Assembly (NCBI GenBank): GCA_038321985.1
Contig: JBBQFN010000053.1
Span: 1-25,459, forward strand
Origin: Cyanophyceae cyanobacterium
Lineage (GTDB): Bacteria > Cyanobacteriota > Cyanobacteriia > Cyanobacteriales > Laspinemataceae
Length of the DNA stretch: 25,459 nucleotides
Reading direction: 5' to 3'
Shown: positions 1-7,820 of the stretch, piece after piece
Position numbering within the stretch: position 1 is the stretch's first letter
Layout of the letters: every line of letters starts with the position of its first letter
Notes under the pieces: generated by a model
Database searches by the model: none
Told to the model about the DNA's origin: nothing
What the model saw: the letters and a program-made list of their open reading frames with translations, nothing else
Position numbers and translations under genes: made by a program

Positions 1-133
1 TAGTATTTTGGGGATTTATGAGACTCGTTTTGGTCACTTTTAGAGCTAGAAGCCTTGACTTGTAAGGCTTTCAGTTCCTGGGCTGGGGAGCGAGTACAAA
101 ACTAATTAGAAAAACTTATCACCAAAAAGTCTG
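1..133. mobile_element. Putative terminus of an insertion sequence (IS4-like) inserted into the kinase gene
   Basis: The kinase ORF runs ...QAYQRAL, where family members usually continue ...ETGD, then reads CAGACTTTTTGGTGATAAGT (QTFW-stop) on the minus strand. This loosely resembles IS4/IS50-type ends. An internal palindrome AAGCCTT-N7-AAGGCTT lies at 50-70. No transposase is visible because the window ends. Confidence 0.45.
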
Positions 134-3100
134 AAGAGCCCTTTGATAGGCTTGTAAAAACTTTTTTATGCTATTACCGAGAGGCTCCTTCCAGTGCCGA
201 ATGAACGTATTAAACATATATAAAGTTTTGGGTTCTATCTCTTTGGTATTGAGGCGGTGCTGTAAATTTAAACCTAATAAACCGAATTCATATCCCGATT
301 TTAAATCATTTTCTACCCCACATAAAAATAAAGCATAAGCACCATAGCCCACCGGAGTGTGAGAAGTGTTACCATATTGGAGGAATAAACTAGCCATCCG
401 GAGTAAAACCAGGGGATAAATTTCAGGAAATCCAATGGCAGCAATACCAGATAAACTCACCAAAACCCGAGTGGCTGCTAACTTATAAGGGCCGAGCATA
501 GGTGGCATATCAATTAAATCGGAAATCCGCTTTCCTGCCCAAGCTGCTCTAGTTTCAGTCATTGCCTGCCCAATATCAGAGGGAGTGGGTTGCTCCGGAA
601 GAGGCATTCCTAACCGTTCCAGAATTTCTAGCCCACTTTTTTTCCCTTCTCCTAGTTCATTCTGTGAAACATACCCTTGGATTTTTAGTTCATACACTTT
701 CACGGTGTCCAAAACCTTGATAGCTTGTTGTAGAATTACTTCACTGAATTCTTCCATCAAGGCATAATAACCACTAAACAAGGCAGCTTCCACCGCTTCT
801 AAATACAGGGATAAACTTAAATCATATTGCTCTTCCCAACTGTTTTTGGGAAGTAACTCGATCGCCGTCTGGAAGTAACTTAATGCCGATTTAAAAGCAG
901 CGGAGGCTTTGGCTTTTTTACCAGCTATCTCATTTAATGAAACTAACTCTTGTTGTAAGGATACCTCACGAATAGCTTCCCGGCCCAAGTTGAGTTGATG
1001 GACGATATCAAAGATATTTTGGTCGCGATTTTCCGAGGGTGTATTTTGGAGAAATAACTGACCAATCTGGAGATGAACCGCTTGTTTGTCAGTTTCTGGA
1101 ATTAAAGAATAAGCCGCTTGCTGGATGCGGTCATGAGCAAATTTATACTCCACGGTTACCCCCTGTGCAATCTCGGGGATATCCACTTCCATCAGCTTAT
1201 AGTCGTCCCCCAGGGGTAAAATCAAAGTCTCGGAGATGGCTTCCCATAATGCAGTAGCTGTTTCTGAACGGGATTTCTGAGAAACTAGGGCTAAAGTTTC
1301 TAGGTCAAAGCGGTAGCCGATACAAGCCGCTAATTTTAAGCAAGTTTGGGTAATTTCGGGGAGTTTTTGAACTTGCTCTACCATCAAGTCAACCACATTA
1401 TCTGTAATGTTTTGGGCTGCTATTTGATGAATATCCCACTGCCAACAGCGACGGTCAGATTCAAAATTTAAGACTTGATTTTTATAGAGAGAGCTTAAAA
1501 ATTGAATGACAAAAAATGGATTTCCCTTGGTCTTGACCTCTACTAACTCCGCCAGGGCTCGGGCTATTTCTTCAGAAGTATTGAGGGTATCAGCAACCAA
1601 CTGGGTGACATCACTCAGACTCAATGGAGTCAGAAAAATTTGATTCACGGTTGCTTGGTTTTTTTGAAGTTCCTCTAAGGTGAGCATCAAGGGATGCGCT
1701 GAGGAAACTTCATTATCGCGATAGGCCCCGATGAGATATAAATACTGACTCGCCGGGGTCGTCATCAGAAGTTCTAACAATTTCAGCGAAGCGTTATCAG
1801 ACCATTGCAAATCATCTAAAAAGACAACCAGGGGATGTTCAGCTTGGGTAAAGACCTGGATAAAGTTTTGGAAGACTAATTTAAAGCGATTTTCAGCTTC
1901 CATTCCCGGAAGTTCGGGGACATGGGGTTGTTTGCCAATGATGGCTTTCAGTTCGGGAATGACATCAATGATAATTTGTGCATTAGGCCCAAGTGCCGTC
2001 AGTATTTTCTCCCGCCAAGTGGCGATTTGGGTGGCGTTTTCTGTGAGCAATTGTAAAATTAAGGACCGAAAGGCTTGCACTAGAGAAGCATAAGGAATAT
2101 CCCGTTGCAGTTGGTCAAATTTCCCGGAGATAAAATAACCTCGTTGACGGGTAATCGGTTTGTAAACTTCCTGGACTAAGGCCGATTTCCCAATTCCAGA
2201 ATATCCCGCTACGAGCATCAGTTCAGTCTGACCCCCGCTACAAACCCGCTCGAAACCCGAGAGCAGTTCGGCGATTTCTTGCTGCCGTCCATAAAGTTTC
2301 TGCGGCAGTTGGAATCGGCCAGAACTATCCTCAATCGCGAGAGTAAAAGGTTGGATTTGTTCAGTATTTTGCCACTGGCGCAAACATTCTTCTAAATCCC
2401 TCTTTAATCCATAAGCGGATTGATAGCGGTCTTCGGCATTTTTGGACATCAATTTTAAGATGATGTGCGAAATTGCTTCGGGAATCTCTGGATTAAGCTG
2501 ATGGGGTGGGATGGGTTGTTGGGCTATATGGGAATGCACCAGGGCCAGGGGGTCATTGCTGGGAAAGGGAACCCTGCCGGTAAGCAGTTCGTAGAATGTC
2601 ACCCCGAGGGAATAAAAATCACTGCGATAGTCTACACTGCGATTCATCCGTCCGGTTTGTTCTGGGGCAATATAGGGGAGGGTTCCTTCTAAGAGATTCG
2701 GATTCCGAAAGGTGGGATTTTCGCGGCTGAGTTGGGTAGAAATGCCAAAATCGATGAGTTTAACTTCTTGGGTGGTGGAGTTAAAAACGATGTTGCTAGG
2801 GTTAATATCTTTGTGAATAATTTGTTGCTGATGGACATAATCCAAGATTTCGGCAATGTCAATGGCAAGGGGTAAAAATTGACTCAGGGTTAAAGGTTGA
2901 TGTTGAAGGATTGTGTTTAGGGAAACCCCGCCAAAATCTTCAATCACCATTACCCACTGGCGATCCGACTTTTCTAAGCAATAGGCATTGATGACTCCGG
3001 GAAAATTTAGAGACCGAGTGGTTTCATACTCCCGCTGAAACTGGGCGATTTTTTCCGGTGGCGGATAGGCTTGATTGAGCAGTTTGAGGATAACGGGTTG

Positions 3101-3193
3101 GTTATCGGATAGACCCACGGCGCGATAGATTCGAGAATTGCTGCTTTCGTGGAGTAGTTCGCCGATTTGGTAGTTTAAAATTGCGATCGCCAT
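119..3193 (-). CDS. Ser/Thr protein kinase fused to a STAND/AAA ATPase and helical region; probably C-terminally truncated (possible pseudogene)
   Basis: Kinase motifs IHKDINPSN, DFG and YIAPE; Walker A GYSGIGKS; Walker B LVVFLDDLQW; GNPFF and FAHDRIQQAAY motifs of cyanobacterial kinase-ATPase(-GAF-HisK) proteins. ATG at 3193 is preferred over the TTG at 3232, which overlaps the P450. It ends abruptly with no GAF or output domain. Confidence 0.9.
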   Translation of the reverse strand: MAIAILNYQIGELLHESSNSRIYRAVGLSDNQPVILKLLNQAYPPPEKIAQFQREYETTRSLNFPGVINAYCLEKSDRQWVMVIEDFGGVSLNTILQHQPLTLSQFLPLAIDIAEILDYVHQQQIIHKDINPSNIVFNSTTQEVKLIDFGISTQLSRENPTFRNPNLLEGTLPYIAPEQTGRMNRSVDYRSDFYSLGVTFYELLTGRVPFPSNDPLALVHSHIAQQPIPPHQLNPEIPEAISHIILKLMSKNAEDRYQSAYGLKRDLEECLRQWQNTEQIQPFTLAIEDSSGRFQLPQKLYGRQQEIAELLSGFERVCSGGQTELMLVAGYSGIGKSALVQEVYKPITRQRGYFISGKFDQLQRDIPYASLVQAFRSLILQLLTENATQIATWREKILTALGPNAQIIIDVIPELKAIIGKQPHVPELPGMEAENRFKLVFQNFIQVFTQAEHPLVVFLDDLQWSDNASLKLLELLMTTPASQYLYLIGAYRDNEVSSAHPLMLTLEELQKNQATVNQIFLTPLSLSDVTQLVADTLNTSEEIARALAELVEVKTKGNPFFVIQFLSSLYKNQVLNFESDRRCWQWDIHQIAAQNITDNVVDLMVEQVQKLPEITQTCLKLAACIGYRFDLETLALVSQKSRSETATALWEAISETLILPLGDDYKLMEVDIPEIAQGVTVEYKFAHDRIQQAAYSLIPETDKQAVHLQIGQLFLQNTPSENRDQNIFDIVHQLNLGREAIREVSLQQELVSLNEIAGKKAKASAAFKSALSYFQTAIELLPKNSWEEQYDLSLSLYLEAVEAALFSGYYALMEEFSEVILQQAIKVLDTVKVYELKIQGYVSQNELGEGKKSGLEILERLGMPLPEQPTPSDIGQAMTETRAAWAGKRISDLIDMPPMLGPYKLAATRVLVSLSGIAAIGFPEIYPLVLLRMASLFLQYGNTSHTPVGYGAYALFLCGVENDLKSGYEFGLLGLNLQHRLNTKEIEPKTLYMFNTFIRHWKEPLGNSIKKFLQAYQRALQTFW

Positions 3194-3209
3194 CTGATTC
3201 TGTCCTCGT

Positions 3210-4556
3210 TTAGGGTCTATCGGCAATACCAACCGTCATCAAGAGTTCACGATCCGGACGGATGGTTAACGCCGCTTTGGGTACGAGATTCGCTTCGCCC
3301 TGTAATGTTAGCCGATAGCATTGAGCAATTGTAGATGAAATCAACTGAATTTGCATCAGAGAAAATTCATTGCCTATGCAAAGGCGAGGTTCTACCCCAA
3401 AGGGAAGGTAAGCATATTTAGGATGATGAGCGTTTTCTTTGGCGAAGCGATCGGGCCAAAATCGTTTGGGATTAGAAAAATTTCGCGGGTCTCGATGCAG
3501 CAAATAGGGACTCACCCAGACTTGGGTCCCCGGTGGTAAGGTATAATCTGCCAGGGTAATCTCGGCTACAACCTCACGCACCAGCGCCAAATTGGGAGCA
3601 TAAAAACGTAGGGTTTCTTTGACGAGTTTTTGTCCATAAACTAAAGTCTTCAGATTCTCTACAGCGATTCGTTTCTCTCCTACTACCTGGTCTAATTCTC
3701 CCCGAAAGAGAGTCTCAATTTCTGCATTTTGTGACAGGCTATAAAACAACCAAAGTAAACAGGTGGGAATGGTATGATGACCTGCAAAAAACATTTGCAA
3801 AATTTCCCCAATAATTTCTCCCGGTTCCAGAGGCATCCCAAATTCCTCCTTAGCACTGATGAGAAATGAGAGCATATCGCCTCGGTCTTCTCCGGAGGTG
3901 AGGCACTCTTGAATCAGATGTAAAGTTGCCTCCATTTTAGGATTAGCTCGCAATCGAGTCAAGGAAAAAATGTTGGTAATCCCCTGTCCTTGGCTGACTG
4001 TAAATGCCTCTCCCAGGGCTTCTTCCAACGGAATCAGGCCCGCCCGCTTCTGGTTTTCCGTTGCCGATCCATAGCCTTGTAGTTCAGCATCAAATAAGAC
4101 TCGGGCTGCAATCCGTGCCGTGAGGATGAGGAGTTCCCGATCCAGGTTCACCCGTTCTCCCAGTTGCCAACCCGCCAGCATTTCTCGGGTACAATCGACG
4201 ATAGTTTGAGCGTAAGCGGCAATCCGCTGATGGTGAAAGGCCGGCTGCATGAGACGGCGGCGAGTTTTCCAGATTTCTCCTTCTAAACTGGTTAATCCAT
4301 CTCCCCAATATCCCCGATTTGATTGTTTGAGGAGTTCAGGTTTTTGCAAGTTTTGGGCATTTTTAACAAAGACTTCCTGAACTAAATCGGGGTGATTTAG
4401 CAAATAAATACTATTAGACCCCATTTGGAAAAAAGAAATATCACCGTAGCGCTGGGCCACGGTTTCTAAAAAACCTAGAGCATCGGCTTGAAAATGGATA
4501 GTATTTCCCATCCCAAACAAGCCTCCATTGGGACCCGGTGGATAGGAAAGATTCAT
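3210..4556 (-). CDS. Cytochrome P450 with atypical I-helix and heme-binding motifs
   Basis: WKTRRRLMQPAFH (C-helix), AGHHT (I-helix), ETLR (ExxR), PDRF, and FGVEPRLCIG with the Cys ligand. It starts 22 bp after the YcaO stop. Confidence 0.95.
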   Translation of the reverse strand: MNLSYPPGPNGGLFGMGNTIHFQADALGFLETVAQRYGDISFFQMGSNSIYLLNHPDLVQEVFVKNAQNLQKPELLKQSNRGYWGDGLTSLEGEIWKTRRRLMQPAFHHQRIAAYAQTIVDCTREMLAGWQLGERVNLDRELLILTARIAARVLFDAELQGYGSATENQKRAGLIPLEEALGEAFTVSQGQGITNIFSLTRLRANPKMEATLHLIQECLTSGEDRGDMLSFLISAKEEFGMPLEPGEIIGEILQMFFAGHHTIPTCLLWLFYSLSQNAEIETLFRGELDQVVGEKRIAVENLKTLVYGQKLVKETLRFYAPNLALVREVVAEITLADYTLPPGTQVWVSPYLLHRDPRNFSNPKRFWPDRFAKENAHHPKYAYLPFGVEPRLCIGNEFSLMQIQLISSTIAQCYRLTLQGEANLVPKAALTIRPDRELLMTVGIADRP

Positions 4557-4578
4557 AACGAGTTCGAGTTAATATACA

Positions 4579-6819
4579 TTACAAGAACATGGCAATCGGA
4601 TTGAACTGTTCTTCCGTTAGGGGTTGGCCCAAGGCTCCTATATGGACAGGGACCTCATAGAGGCGACCGGGGGCAAATCTGGCCCCAAAGTGCCGCATCC
4701 CCGGAACAATAGTCTTAACGACATGAAGTCCTGTATCGGGTCTGGTTTGGTCTAACACCAGAAGAGATAATCCTTTTGAGCGCAGGATTTCCCCGCAAGT
4801 GATGAGATCTGCATATAAATCCTGATTGGAGAGGGAGGCATAATCCGATCGCCTTTTCTGCGGTACGCTCGGATCCGGAGTCAGATAGGACTGATTCTCC
4901 GTAGTGGCTACGCTCAACCACTCCAGCACTTCCCGGTCTTCGATGCGATGATCTGGGGTTTCTGCAATCAGGGTGGGTAAAAACTGATTCAGTTCGGTCA
5001 ATGCCCGCAAAATCCCAATTTGCGGGTCGAAATGCGCTCCAAATGCTAAAATTACCTTTGACCCCGGTTGATCCCGGCGTGCCGAAATCGCAGCGAAAGT
5101 GGGGATATTCAAATCGCTAGTGATATCTAGGACCCACAGACTGCGATCTCGACTGAGGTAATAATCTAGGAGGGTCTGAAAGTAAGGTTCATCAAAGCTG
5201 GACAGGTCTACTGCAGGTTTCTTGAGTCGATTGTACCACCACAGGGCGACGCTATCTCGCTCTACCAATTCCATAAATCCTTGCAATATTGCTTCTTCTT
5301 TGCTGTTTCCTGCCGCACAGCCGTTAGAATCACCCCGAGCAAAGGTGGCGTTATGTTGACGGGAATATCCATAGTAGCAATAGGCAGTGGGGAGATAACA
5401 AGGTTCGGACTCGGTTAAAGACCAGACTGGAGTCCAGTCAATCTCTTCGGTTTCATCGAAGGGTTCAGGAATCCAATTGAAGCGGGTTTGTTGAGCATTC
5501 AGCCGATCGCGCTCTTGATACTGGCGATCGCTAAACAGCATACAAGCGTTGGGGTGAATAGCGGTCTCCAAATCTTGATAGCGGGCGCGGATTCGGGCTT
5601 CATCCCCTTGAAAAACACCAGAATACCGCTCAATGGCTTCGCATAGGGCGCTGGTTTTAGCTTGAATATCCAATTTCCCCTTACCACCAGCTAAGGTCCG
5701 CAACCCTTGACGCAGAAAATAGAGGTTATTATCAGCCAGGGCAAAGTTATGATTAGCAATATAAGAATGCAGGGGCGACTTGTCATCTCCAGCAATTAGC
5801 GAGGGTTGCAAGCTGCTGATAATGCCGGTAATCGGACTGATGTGATGCGCTAATCTCTGATAGGTTTCCTCGGGAGAGCAACTGCGATGTCCGCCATCCT
5901 CCGTAAAGGTTTTGAGGCGAGTTTGCAATTGGGGTGGCACCGACTGCTGTTTAGCAACCCAGTCGAGGTTCCCACAAGCTGGACATTGGGGCCGTCGGAG
6001 GAGGGGATGGTGCTGTTTTTCCAAGGTGAGGGCGTTGAGGGTAATCACCTCACCTTGTAAAACCGAGGGGCGATCGCAGACAATCCATTGAGCAATTTCT
6101 GTAGCAGCCACGGCAAAAGCCATTTGCACCGTGGAAGGCAAGGCCGAAAATCCCGGTGCAAAAGGACCACAACGCCCTTTCTCTTCCAGATAGGTTTCTA
6201 GTTTGCGATGTCCCCGTAATCGATGAGCTAGACAGTGCCAGCATCCGGTGTCTCGGGGGATAAAAATCGGCCCCATCCATAGTTCCGTTCCCAAAGGTTT
6301 GAGCAACAGCCAAGGACGGTTAGCGGTTAGAGCATTTCGGTTGTAGACTTCCAGTTCCGGACGCAGGTAATCATCGGTGATCACAATAGCGCGATCGCCA
6401 TCGTCCCCGATTCGCACCCCCATTGCTTCCAGACTCGCTTGTAAGGGTGCGGTATCCACCTCGCTGATCGGGATCAGCGACACCGTAGTTGCTTCCAACC
6501 GTTGGAGTACAGTTCGTGAATCTATCCCGAGTCCATCCCAAAATGCTGCTTGCTGGAGTGGCAGGAGTGCAGGTTCATCCACAAGATGCCCGCCATCCCG
6601 TAACCGTTGCAGAATATAAAAGACTTCCGCAATGGATAAATGTCCATCCAGAAGCGTGATAATTTCCGTTTCCGTATATTGCCCATCCAGCAGGGGGGCA
6701 ATCTGGATATATGCCTCGCCCCCCAACAGAAATTTTCCGGTTTCGGACAGTAAAAATACCCCTTCCGAGGGGACAATTTCATACCGATAACCGGCTTTAA
6801 ACTGGGGGCGAGGAGTCAT
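4579..6819 (-). CDS. Fused RRE / E1-like / YcaO cyclodehydratase (PatD/TruD-like heterocyclase)
   Basis: PatD-like N-terminal leader-binding region; TDDYLRPEL; WMGPIFIP..GCWHC and RPQCPAC motifs; DGGHR, HISPITGII, SALCEAIERYS, SNGCAAG..EEAILQGFMELVERDS, RALTELNQ, LDQTRPD, PGRLY; C-terminal NPIAMFL. Confidence 0.96.
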   Translation of the reverse strand: MTPRPQFKAGYRYEIVPSEGVFLLSETGKFLLGGEAYIQIAPLLDGQYTETEIITLLDGHLSIAEVFYILQRLRDGGHLVDEPALLPLQQAAFWDGLGIDSRTVLQRLEATTVSLIPISEVDTAPLQASLEAMGVRIGDDGDRAIVITDDYLRPELEVYNRNALTANRPWLLLKPLGTELWMGPIFIPRDTGCWHCLAHRLRGHRKLETYLEEKGRCGPFAPGFSALPSTVQMAFAVAATEIAQWIVCDRPSVLQGEVITLNALTLEKQHHPLLRRPQCPACGNLDWVAKQQSVPPQLQTRLKTFTEDGGHRSCSPEETYQRLAHHISPITGIISSLQPSLIAGDDKSPLHSYIANHNFALADNNLYFLRQGLRTLAGGKGKLDIQAKTSALCEAIERYSGVFQGDEARIRARYQDLETAIHPNACMLFSDRQYQERDRLNAQQTRFNWIPEPFDETEEIDWTPVWSLTESEPCYLPTAYCYYGYSRQHNATFARGDSNGCAAGNSKEEAILQGFMELVERDSVALWWYNRLKKPAVDLSSFDEPYFQTLLDYYLSRDRSLWVLDITSDLNIPTFAAISARRDQPGSKVILAFGAHFDPQIGILRALTELNQFLPTLIAETPDHRIEDREVLEWLSVATTENQSYLTPDPSVPQKRRSDYASLSNQDLYADLITCGEILRSKGLSLLVLDQTRPDTGLHVVKTIVPGMRHFGARFAPGRLYEVPVHIGALGQPLTEEQFNPIAMFL

Positions 6820-6852
6820 ATCTTCTCAGTGACTTTTGATAGGTTAGGTCAA

Positions 6853-6911
6853 GGTGCGGAATGCTTATATCGGGTTGAACTACATCAGACCCGATATAAG
6901 CATTCCGCACC
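6853..6911. repeat. Perfect 23-bp inverted repeat (13-nt loop) between precursor 2 and the YcaO gene; REP-like, possible attenuator or mRNA stabiliser
   Basis: GGTGCGGAATGCTTATATCGGGT (6853-6875) and ACCCGATATAAGCATTCCGCACC (6889-6911) are exact reverse complements. The flank CGCACCCTAC resembles cyanobacterial REP-type ends. Confidence 0.85.
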
Positions 6912-6947
6912 CTACAGATAAACAGGACACACTTAGTTTTACCCGCT

Positions 6948-7262
6948 TTAAACAGTCAAGTAAGGAATAATATGAGTCTGTTTTCCGCTAAGAATATCAT
7001 CGATTTCTGTTTCATTTATCGTTCTAGGACGAGGAGGCATATCAAAAAAACGCTTAAAGCGGACTTCCTCAAACACTTGAAGTATTCTTAGTCGGGTAGC
7101 GTTTTTTTCCTCATTTACATTATGGGAGTTGAGAAAATCTTCAATCGCCTTGCGAGGATGTAACTCAAACTCATTTTTAAAGGTTTCGTTAGTCCAAGCA
7201 TAGGCGACAATTTTGGCCCATTCTTCTAAGGAAATGTATTCTTCTGAAATTTCTGTGGACAT
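6948..7262 (-). CDS. RiPP precursor peptide 2, NHLP/BMA_0021-like leader; putative core KQTHIIPYLTV
   Basis: WAKIVAYAWTNETFKNEFELHPRKAI matches the nitrile-hydratase-alpha-like leader pattern (AW.D..F...L..DP..AL). PPRP...EIDDILSG resembles a leader end. RBS AGAGGA upstream; adjacent to YcaO. Confidence 0.8.
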   Translation of the reverse strand: MSTEISEEYISLEEWAKIVAYAWTNETFKNEFELHPRKAIEDFLNSHNVNEEKNATRLRILQVFEEVRFKRFFDMPPRPRTINETEIDDILSGKQTHIIPYLTV

Positions 7263-7307
7263 CTAATTTTCCTCTAAATTTAAACTAACTCTCTCTAACC
7301 CCTTCTT

Positions 7308-7350
7308 CCCGGGGACCACCTATGCCTCAGTAGGTGAGCCAGTTCCCGGG
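7308..7350 (-). terminator. Imperfect GC-rich stem-loop immediately 3' of precursor 1
   Basis: Minus strand CCCGGGAAC..CACCTA-N8-TAGGTG..GTCCCCGGG forms nested stems. No clear U-tract follows, so it may be a stabiliser rather than a terminator. Confidence 0.45.
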
Positions 7351-7362
7351 TGAGATTCTTGA

Positions 7363-7644
7363 TTAACAAGGACAGCTATAAGGTAGAGCGATTGCAGTTT
7401 GCTTACCGCTGGCGATGGCTTCTATATCCGGAATATCCCCTGGATTGGGTGGAATTTGAAGCACACGAACCTGGCTCATATCTTCTGGAAAAGCACCCTT
7501 GGGAAAATTTTTCTTAAACTTTTCTATCGCTCCTTCGGGATGTTTTTCAAACTCATCTTTAAATTCGGCATCTTTCCAACATAAAGCCATAATAAACCCC
7601 CATTGCAAGGAGCTTAAATATTGCGGTTCAGTTTGTTTTTTCAT
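7363..7644 (-). CDS. RiPP precursor peptide 1, NHLP/BMA_0021-like leader; putative core KQTAIALPYSCPC
   Basis: WGFIMALCWKDAEFKDEFEKHPEGAI leader motif, paralogous to precursor 2; IPPNP...IEAIASG; Ser/Cys-bearing C-terminus YSCPC suitable for cyclodehydration. Confidence 0.85.
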   Translation of the reverse strand: MKKQTEPQYLSSLQWGFIMALCWKDAEFKDEFEKHPEGAIEKFKKNFPKGAFPEDMSQVRVLQIPPNPGDIPDIEAIASGKQTAIALPYSCPC

Positions 7645-7791
7645 CTTGGTTAGGTCATAATAAGTGGTTAGATTGGCCCGATCTGTTATCTGTTACTCAA
7701 TCTTCATCCATTCTCGGTCTTTAGCAGTCTATCTACAGTACAGAGAAGGATGTCTAAACTGGAAGCACACTCGAAGCTCGCTTAATATGAT

Positions 7792-7820
7792 ATCTTAGCC
7801 TTGATAATATACTTAGTCAA
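7792..7820 (-). promoter_or_regulatory. Sigma70-type promoter for the precursor/RiPP operon
   Basis: Minus strand TTGACT (7820-7815), 17-bp spacer, TAAGAT (7797-7792); about 150 bp upstream of the precursor 1 ATG. Confidence 0.6.

Noticed and set aside
50..70. AAGCCTT-N7-AAGGCTT as a CRISPR leader motif
   Set aside because: No repeat-spacer array is adjacent in the window; it fits better as part of the IS-like end.
3194..3232. Extended kinase start at 3232 overlapping the P450
   Set aside because: TTG start inside the P450 3' end; the ATG at 3193 gives the typical family N-terminus.
6948..6959. Precursor 2 end (ACT GTT TAA) as a mutated Cys-stop like precursor 1 (TGT TAA)
   Set aside because: Needs two base changes and cannot be supported without homologs.
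4579..7644. Calling the locus a cyanobactin (pat/tru) cluster
   Set aside because: No PatA/PatG protease, PatB/C/F or PatE-type leader and recognition sequences; the precursors are NHLP-like.
6948..7644. Calling the small ORFs nitrile hydratase alpha subunits
   Set aside because: Too short, no CxLCSC metal motif in the expected place, and no beta subunit.
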